Shown: positions 58,460 through 64,000 of the stretch, one piece after another
Layout of the letters: every line of letters begins with the position of its first letter
Numbering within the stretch: position 1 is the stretch's first letter
Origin: Candidatus Nomurabacteria bacterium
Lineage (GTDB): Bacteria; Patescibacteriota; Minisyncoccia; Phycocordibacterales; UBA9973
Assembly (NCBI GenBank): GCA_026395955.1
Contig: JAPLXR010000008.1
Coordinates: 5,179 to 69,178, forward strand
Reading direction: 5' to 3'
Length of the DNA: 64,000 nt
Notes under the pieces: generated by a model
Seen by the model: only the letters and a program-made list of their open reading frames with translations
Databases searched by the model: none
What the model was told of the DNA's origin: nothing
Position numbers and translations under genes: made by a program

Positions 58460-60946
58460 TTATACAACAAAATTAATTAATCTACCTTTTACATAAATTT
58501 TCTTTTTTATTTCACTTGTATTTGGAATCCATTTTTTTACATTTTCATTCTCAAATGCAGTTTCAAAAACTTTTTCTTCACTCGCATCGGCTGGTATATC
58601 TATCTCTGCGCGGACTTTTCCATTTATTTGCACGACAACTTTTAAAGTATCTTCGATTAGAAGTTTCGGATTATATTTTGGCCAAGTTGCGATATTTATG
58701 GATTTTTTCTCGCCCATCTCACGCCAGATTTCTTCGGTAATATGTGGAGCAAATGGTGCTAGTATTTGTAAAAATAATTTAAAATCGGCACTAGAAATAT
58801 TTTCAGCCTTATCCATTTCATTTACTAAAACCATCATCGCTGAAATAGCAGTATTAAATGAAAAGTTTTCAATATCTTCACTAACTTTTTTAATTGTTTT
58901 GTGAAGTAACTTTTGCAAAGCTAGATGATGCTTAGAGGAGTCTTCGCTGTGACCAGATCGTACTTGCCCTTCCAAGACAGAGTGCGAACGACGGAAAGCA
59001 TTATCTAGCGACGCTGAATTTGCTATACGCCAAACCTTTTCAATAAATCTACGAGAACCAATGATACTATCAGTATTCCATGGCTGGCTCGCTTCAAATG
59101 GGCCCATAAACATTTCATATACGCGAAGTGTGTCTGCACCATATGTCTTTACAATATCATCTGGATTGATGACATTTCCCCATCTCTTACTCATCTTTCT
59201 ACCATCACTCGCTAAAATCATTCCTTGATTTTTCAAAGTTTTAAATGGTTCAGCAGTAGGAACATAACCCATATCAAAAAGGAATTTATGCCAGAAACGA
59301 GAATATAATAAATGTCCTGTAGCATGTTCCTGACCACCGACATACATATCGACATCTTTCCAATACTTCAACATTTTTTTATCAGCAAAAGCTTTTTTAT
59401 TTTTCGGATCCATATAGCGCAAGAAATACCAAGAAGACCCCGCCCATCCCGGCATTGTATTTGTCTCGTATCCTGCTTTCGCCCAAGCTTTCACTCCAGC
59501 CAAAGGACTTTCTCCTGTACCCGTCGGCTCATATGAAGTAACACTTGGTAAAACTAACGGAAGTTTTTTATCTGCAACATCTCTAATAGTTCCATCTGCA
59601 TTATGTATCAGTGGAATCGGCTCACCCCAATATCTCTGCCGTGCAAAAACGGCATCACGAATTTTATATTTCTTTACCAATTTTCCATTAACTTTTTCTG
59701 TAATTTCTTTTGCATCAACAAAAGGTCTATCAATAATTGGTAGATTATACTTCTCAGCAAATTCTCTATCTCTCTCATCATGCAAAGGCACAGCCATTAC
59801 AGCACCAGTACCATATGAAGCGAGGACATAATCCGCAACCCAAACAGGAACTTCTTCACCATTTGCAGGGTTAATAGCTTTGATGCCTTTTAGTTCTACT
59901 CCTGTCTTTTCTTTTTCCACTGTAATATCTTCTTTCTTTACGCGCTCTTTCGCTTCACGAATATATTCTGTAACTTCAGCCATATTTTGTGATTGTACAG
60001 CAAATTCTCCGATATTTGTATGCTCTGGTGAAAGGACGACATATGTAACTCCAAACAAAGTATCAGCACGAGTCGTGAATACTTTTATATTTCTATTGAT
60101 TGAAGTTTTAAATTCAATTTCACTTCCCTCACTCACACCAATCCAATTCTTTTGAATTTCTTTTATATGTGAAGACCAATTCAAGCCATCGAGGTCAGAA
60201 ACGAGACGGTCAGCATACGCAGTAATTCGCATAAACCATTGACGCATTGATTTTTTCTCTACAGGATATCCTCCGCGCTCTGAAACAGGATTGCCATCTT
60301 TATCATCTACTATTTCATCGTTCGCCAGAACTGTGCCGAGCTTTGGACACCAATTCACTTCACTATAGCCTTCATAAGCGAGGCGATAATTCATCAAGAT
60401 TTTTTCTTTTTCTATCTCTGAAAGTTTTTTCCAATTCTTGTCTGTCTTTTCAAATTTTTTAATTAATTCTGAAATAGGTCGAGCTTTGTTTTTTTGCTCA
60501 TCATAATATGAATTATAAATCTGAAGAAAAATCCATTGTGTCCATTTATAATATTCTGGGTCAGTAGTATTTACTTCTCGTGACCAATCATAAGAAAAGC
60601 CAATCTTGTCGAGCTGACCACGGAAAGTTTTGATATTTTTTTCTACGGCTTTGCGAGGATGAATTTTGTGTTCTATGGCGTATTGTTCTGCTGGAAGACC
60701 AAAAGCATCATAGCCCATAGGATGAAGCACGTTGTAGCCTTGCATACGCTTCATACGAGCATAGACGTCACTACCGATATATCCGCGTGGATGGCCTACG
60801 TGAAGTCCAGCACCTGATGGATACGGGAACATATCGAGTACATAATACTTTTTCTTTTTAGAAGAATTTTCAGTTTTATAAACTTTTTTTACTTCCCATT
60901 CTTTTTGCCACTTTTTTTCAATTTTATTATGATCGTATTGTTTCAT
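58460..60946 (-). CDS. leuS: leucyl-tRNA synthetase
   Basis: HVGH (HIGH), KMSKRWGN (KMSKS), CP1 editing domain. 828 aa. Confidence 0.95.
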   Translation of the reverse strand: MKQYDHNKIEKKWQKEWEVKKVYKTENSSKKKKYYVLDMFPYPSGAGLHVGHPRGYIGSDVYARMKRMQGYNVLHPMGYDAFGLPAEQYAIEHKIHPRKAVEKNIKTFRGQLDKIGFSYDWSREVNTTDPEYYKWTQWIFLQIYNSYYDEQKNKARPISELIKKFEKTDKNWKKLSEIEKEKILMNYRLAYEGYSEVNWCPKLGTVLANDEIVDDKDGNPVSERGGYPVEKKSMRQWFMRITAYADRLVSDLDGLNWSSHIKEIQKNWIGVSEGSEIEFKTSINRNIKVFTTRADTLFGVTYVVLSPEHTNIGEFAVQSQNMAEVTEYIREAKERVKKEDITVEKEKTGVELKGIKAINPANGEEVPVWVADYVLASYGTGAVMAVPLHDERDREFAEKYNLPIIDRPFVDAKEITEKVNGKLVKKYKIRDAVFARQRYWGEPIPLIHNADGTIRDVADKKLPLVLPSVTSYEPTGTGESPLAGVKAWAKAGYETNTMPGWAGSSWYFLRYMDPKNKKAFADKKMLKYWKDVDMYVGGQEHATGHLLYSRFWHKFLFDMGYVPTAEPFKTLKNQGMILASDGRKMSKRWGNVINPDDIVKTYGADTLRVYEMFMGPFEASQPWNTDSIIGSRRFIEKVWRIANSASLDNAFRRSHSVLEGQVRSGHSEDSSKHHLALQKLLHKTIKKVSEDIENFSFNTAISAMMVLVNEMDKAENISSADFKLFLQILAPFAPHITEEIWREMGEKKSINIATWPKYNPKLLIEDTLKVVVQINGKVRAEIDIPADASEEKVFETAFENENVKKWIPNTSEIKKKIYVKGRLINFVV

Positions 60947-60948
60947 TA

Positions 60949-61512
60949 CTATTTAATTTCATTACTGAATTTTTTAATTGCGAGCCAGATAAGTGCGCCG
61001 AGTGCAACAGCAAGGATGATAACTTTTATAATATTATCTGCAGAAGACCAATACCTCATAGAAGCAACAATTAGAGAAATAACTCCACCCCAAGAAAATC
61101 CGGAAGACAAAATAATATTTGTAGAAAAAATTCCAAAGATTAATGCTATAACTCCTAGAATAGAAAGTGCAATAAAAACATTTCTATTATAAACTTTCAA
61201 AGCATTATCGTAATCTTTTTGTTTTGTAAAATTCGGATCACAATAACCTGTAATTTTATTTCCATTTACATCCACTTGAACAGGGTTTGTTTTATCATTA
61301 TAAGCAATATTGTTTTCAGTCCATTGACCACCGACATTTAAACAAGCATCCTTTGTAGTTATATTTTCGACGACTTGAGCAGTATTAAAAAATTGAGTAT
61401 ATTCTGGAGCTTTGTAAATTAGAGAAATTGCATAATTAATGAATAAATTAAAAACAATCACGATACCAATAATGAGCGCCCATTTTGAAAATTTATTTTG
61501 CATATCCTTCAT
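60949..61512 (-). CDS. membrane protein, unknown function
   Basis: The track ORF extends to 61587. Starting at M26 (61512) or M29 (61503) avoids overlap with the divergent DUF1003 gene. Confidence 0.5.
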   Translation of the reverse strand: MKDMQNKFSKWALIIGIVIVFNLFINYAISLIYKAPEYTQFFNTAQVVENITTKDACLNVGGQWTENNIAYNDKTNPVQVDVNGNKITGYCDPNFTKQKDYDNALKVYNRNVFIALSILGVIALIFGIFSTNIILSSGFSWGGVISLIVASMRYWSSADNIIKVIILAVALGALIWLAIKKFSNEIK

Positions 61513-61545
61513 AATAACCCTTTTTTGTGCTATATTCAAGTATAT

Positions 61546-61986
61546 ATGAGCGACAGAATTAATAGAAAAAAAGAAGGCATCGAACACCTAGCAGACAAAG
61601 CCACAAAGTGGATCGGTTCTGCTTATTCACTAGTTGTGCATACAATTCTTTTTGCTGGTTGTTTTGTTTCTATTTTACTCGGAGCGCCTTTCGATCGTGT
61701 CATGCTCGTACTCACTACAGTCGTATCACTCGAAGCTATCTATCTTTCTATTTTTATTCAAATGACTATCAATAGACATACAAAAGAATTGGAAGAGATT
61801 TCTGAAGATGTAGATGAGATTCAGGAGGATATCGACGAAATTCAAGAAGACGTAGAAGAAATTTCTGAAGATGTTGATGAAATTCAAAAAGATGTGGATG
61901 AGATTCAAGAAGATGTCGAAAATATTGAAAAAGATGTCGACGAGATTCAGGAAGACGTCGAAGTCATCGAAGTAAAAGTGAAATAA
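61546..61986 (+). CDS. DUF1003-like membrane protein with C-terminal acidic octapeptide repeats
   Basis: LADKATKWIGSAYSLVVHTILF...FDRV...QNR-like core. Start taken at MSDRINR (track start 61498). Tail is (EDVDEIQE)x~7. Confidence 0.6.
   Translation: MSDRINRKKEGIEHLADKATKWIGSAYSLVVHTILFAGCFVSILLGAPFDRVMLVLTTVVSLEAIYLSIFIQMTINRHTKELEEISEDVDEIQEDIDEIQEDVEEISEDVDEIQKDVDEIQEDVENIEKDVDEIQEDVEVIEVKVK
61786..61971 (+). repeat. imperfect 24-bp tandem repeat (~7.5 copies) encoding E-D-V-D-E-I-Q-E units
   Basis: Direct repeats of gaagatgt(a/c)ga(t/c)ga(g/a)attca(g/a)ga(g/a) visible in the sequence. Confidence 0.6.
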
Positions 61987-61992
61987 AAAAAA

Positions 61993-62020
61993 CTGACACA
62001 ATACTGTGTCAGTTTTTTTT
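61993..62020. terminator. bidirectional terminator
   Basis: ctgacaca-atac-tgtgtcag plus T8. A-run upstream. Confidence 0.65.
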
Positions 62021-62028
62021 ATAAATAA

Positions 62029-63300
62029 TTATTGTTTCATAGACTCAAAAGCATCAGAGAGGATTTCGAGCATTTTGTCATAATTTACAGTGTCTTCTCT
62101 TTTTGAAAAGACATAAGCAGGTTTTTGTTTTGAATAAAAATACAAAAAATTTCCAACAATTTCGATATTTAATTCAAAAGGTAGATCATAAATTTTTTCC
62201 ATAAAATCAGGAGCGAGAAGTTCAAAAGAACTTATTTGATCAGCCTTATCAGCCCAAAGGCAGAATTTTTTATTAAAATCATTACTCTCTGTCTCTATTC
62301 TTCGTAGTCCGTATGGAGCAAAATTAAATAACCATCTCTTCCTACGAACCAAAATATCTTTATATGAAATAGGTAGAACTATTTGGGCCACTATATAATT
62401 CATAGGATTATTTGTACTAGTATCAGGAATAAAAGTATAAAATTCAACAATCTTATTTTTATAATAACCAACGACATGATTATTTATATCTGAATCCAAA
62501 AAATTATTCTGACTAAATATTACACCCTTATTAGGCATCATAAGCCAACCAAAATCAGGATCAAAAAAGAAATTATTTTTATCAGCAAAATCTTTAATTT
62601 CATTAAAAATACTGAGAGGACTTTCAGTTGCTTGTCTTATTAGATTTAATTTCCAATCTTCACCTTCACGAACAAAATCCCAATATTCAGTAAAATAATT
62701 TGAGTCTGTATATAATTTTTCTTTTGTATCTGTATCAACAAGAGAATCATTTGCTCTAGCAAAGATGTTTGCTGTAAAAGAATCATTTTGTTTTCCATCA
62801 TTATCATGAATACTTTCGATAGAAATATTTTCTAATTTAATATTCTCCATCAAATTTTGTCTATGTTCATTTTGTAAAACATTTAATTCAAGAACAATCC
62901 TTTTGTAGTATCCTTCAGTCATGTAATCGCGCATATTTTTAGTATTCAAATCACTCCAATCCTTTTGAAAAGAAAAAAATACTTCAGAAATTCTCTTATT
63001 TAAAGAATCTTCTTTCCAGCTTGAATCTGATGTACTAGCTTTAGCTATTTCTTGTTTTAATTCTTGGGCTTTTTTCTTAGCTTTAAGCTTTGAATAATAA
63101 CTTGTAATTATTACAATGACAATAAATGCTACAAATAAAAACCAAGGAAATGGTCCAGATGAACCTCCTCCACCAGAACCACCAAAACCGCCTCCTCCAC
63201 CACCTCCTCCTCCCCCAGAACCACCACCTCCTCCACGAGCAAAAGCTTTCGTAGACCAGAAGAAGATTAAACTTAAAATTGAAATTAATTTGTAGCGCAT
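62029..63300 (-). CDS. Tim44-like domain membrane protein with signal peptide, poly-Gly linker and extra C-terminal domain
   Basis: Start at MRYKLISILSL (63300; track 63372). RGGGGGSGGGGGGGGGGFGGSGGGG, then TM, then a Tim44-like core ending EYWDFVREGEDWKLNLI. About 200 further residues follow. Confidence 0.55.
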   Translation of the reverse strand: MRYKLISILSLIFFWSTKAFARGGGGGSGGGGGGGGGGFGGSGGGGSSGPFPWFLFVAFIVIVIITSYYSKLKAKKKAQELKQEIAKASTSDSSWKEDSLNKRISEVFFSFQKDWSDLNTKNMRDYMTEGYYKRIVLELNVLQNEHRQNLMENIKLENISIESIHDNDGKQNDSFTANIFARANDSLVDTDTKEKLYTDSNYFTEYWDFVREGEDWKLNLIRQATESPLSIFNEIKDFADKNNFFFDPDFGWLMMPNKGVIFSQNNFLDSDINNHVVGYYKNKIVEFYTFIPDTSTNNPMNYIVAQIVLPISYKDILVRRKRWLFNFAPYGLRRIETESNDFNKKFCLWADKADQISSFELLAPDFMEKIYDLPFELNIEIVGNFLYFYSKQKPAYVFSKREDTVNYDKMLEILSDAFESMKQ

Positions 63301-63305
63301 ATTAT

Positions 63306-64000
63306 TTATTTTTTCCATACAGCAGTATGAGCCATAGATATTGCTCGACCATGAGATTTTTCTATTACACACATTTCACCTTGTTCTACTGTACCAGCAC
63401 AGTCAGCCATGACTTCACGAAGCGCGTGACCTAGGTTAAGCGAAGATGAATCAGTTGAATATGAAGTTACAATTACGAAAAGTGGTTTATCAGAAAGAAT
63501 ATTTTTGACTCCTTGTAAAAGTTTCGGTAGTGACTCCTCTATCTTCCATGTCTCACCTTTTGGGCCACGGCCGAATTTTGGTGGATCCATTATTACTGCA
63601 TCATATTTATTCCCACGCTTTGCTTCTTTCTCAATAAATTTCAAACAATCATCGAGAAGTATGCGAAGTGGTTTGTCTGAAAAACCAGAGAGTTCTTGAT
63701 TCTCTTTTAATTTAGTAAGTGATTCTTTTGAAGCATCTATATGTGTGACATCGGCATCAGCAGACAAAGCAGACAAACTAGCCACTCCAGTGTAACCGAA
63801 AAGGTTCAAGAATTTGATTCTTCGTCCGGCATTTTTTATTTCTGTATTTATAAAATCCCAATGACTTGCTTGTTCAGGAAAAAAAGACAAATGTCTAAAA
63901 GACGTCGGTGTAGCATAAAATTTTACATCTCTATGTGACATTACCCAATTTTTAGGAAGCTTAGTCTTCATTTTCCAAGTTGGCTTTGCTCCAGCTTTTC
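63306..64000 (-). CDS. class I SAM-dependent rRNA methyltransferase (RlmI/RlmK-like), 5' end beyond window
   Basis: LNLFGYTGVASLSA...VTHIDAS...DAVIMDPPKFGRG motifs. The ORF is open to the window edge. Confidence 0.65.
   Translation of the reverse strand, partial: KAGAKPTWKMKTKLPKNWVMSHRDVKFYATPTSFRHLSFFPEQASHWDFINTEIKNAGRRIKFLNLFGYTGVASLSALSADADVTHIDASKESLTKLKENQELSGFSDKPLRILLDDCLKFIEKEAKRGNKYDAVIMDPPKFGRGPKGETWKIEESLPKLLQGVKNILSDKPLFVIVTSYSTDSSSLNLGHALREVMADCAGTVEQGEMCVIEKSHGRAISMAHTAVWKK

Noticed and set aside
63151-63237. Polypurine/polypyrimidine low-complexity DNA tract as a non-coding repeat or mobile element remnant.
   Set aside because: It is in-frame inside the Tim44-like ORF and encodes the poly-Gly linker. 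It is a coding low-complexity region.

Overview
This 64 kb window is low-GC, gene-dense bacterial chromosome, roughly 90% coding and dominated by housekeeping genes. The gene content and style (truncated DnaJ and AlaRS, short GluRS and AspRS, minimal salvage metabolism, many small membrane proteins) suggest a Patescibacteria/CPR-like organism; that placement is an inference.

Recognisable content:
- F1 ATP synthase genes atpG, atpD and atpC.
- Six aminoacyl-tRNA synthetases: gltX, aspS, trpS, cysS, alaS, leuS.
- Part of a dcw cluster (mraY, ftsW, murG), plus murJ and a class-B PBP.
- scpA and scpB, dnaB and recR.
- A ribosomal-protein/rpoA block: infA, rpmJ, rpsM, rpsK, rpsD, rpoA, rplQ, rplM, rpsI.
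- grpE and dnaK.
- rplI, rpmA, rplU, corA, an MgtC-family protein, rsmI, an S41 peptidase, an M23 peptidase, an ABC exporter and a multi-TM histidine kinase.

No tRNA or rRNA genes, CRISPR arrays or obvious integrases or transposases were found. About ten hairpin-plus-T-tract terminators sit between convergent genes.

Things worth a second look:
1. atpG, atpD and atpC are about 50% GC, separated by about 25% GC host-like ORFs, with no atpA upstream.
2. Three short GC-rich perfect palindromes with CCCCTCC/GGAGGGG arms are inserted in-frame in atpG (two) and in a VirD4/HerA-like ATPase gene (one).
3. A soluble FtsK/HerA/VirD4-superfamily ATPase with a C-terminal CxxC...CxxC zinc ribbon and a Pro/Gln-rich tail lies between dnaK and a truncated J-domain protein.
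4. A tight operon encodes a Cys-rich membrane-anchored miniprotein, an unknown 268-aa protein and an orphan multi-TM histidine kinase.
5. A GC-rich islet encodes a PaaX-like wHTH regulator with a palindromic operator over its promoter.
6. An SF2 helicase with tandem C-terminal repeats sits next to a CYTH-domain protein.
7. A DUF1003-like protein has 24-bp tandem repeats encoding an acidic octapeptide, and a Tim44-like protein has a poly-Gly linker.

All functional calls come from motif recognition in the supplied translations; no database searches were run. DNA feature coordinates were anchored to ORF start and stop positions.
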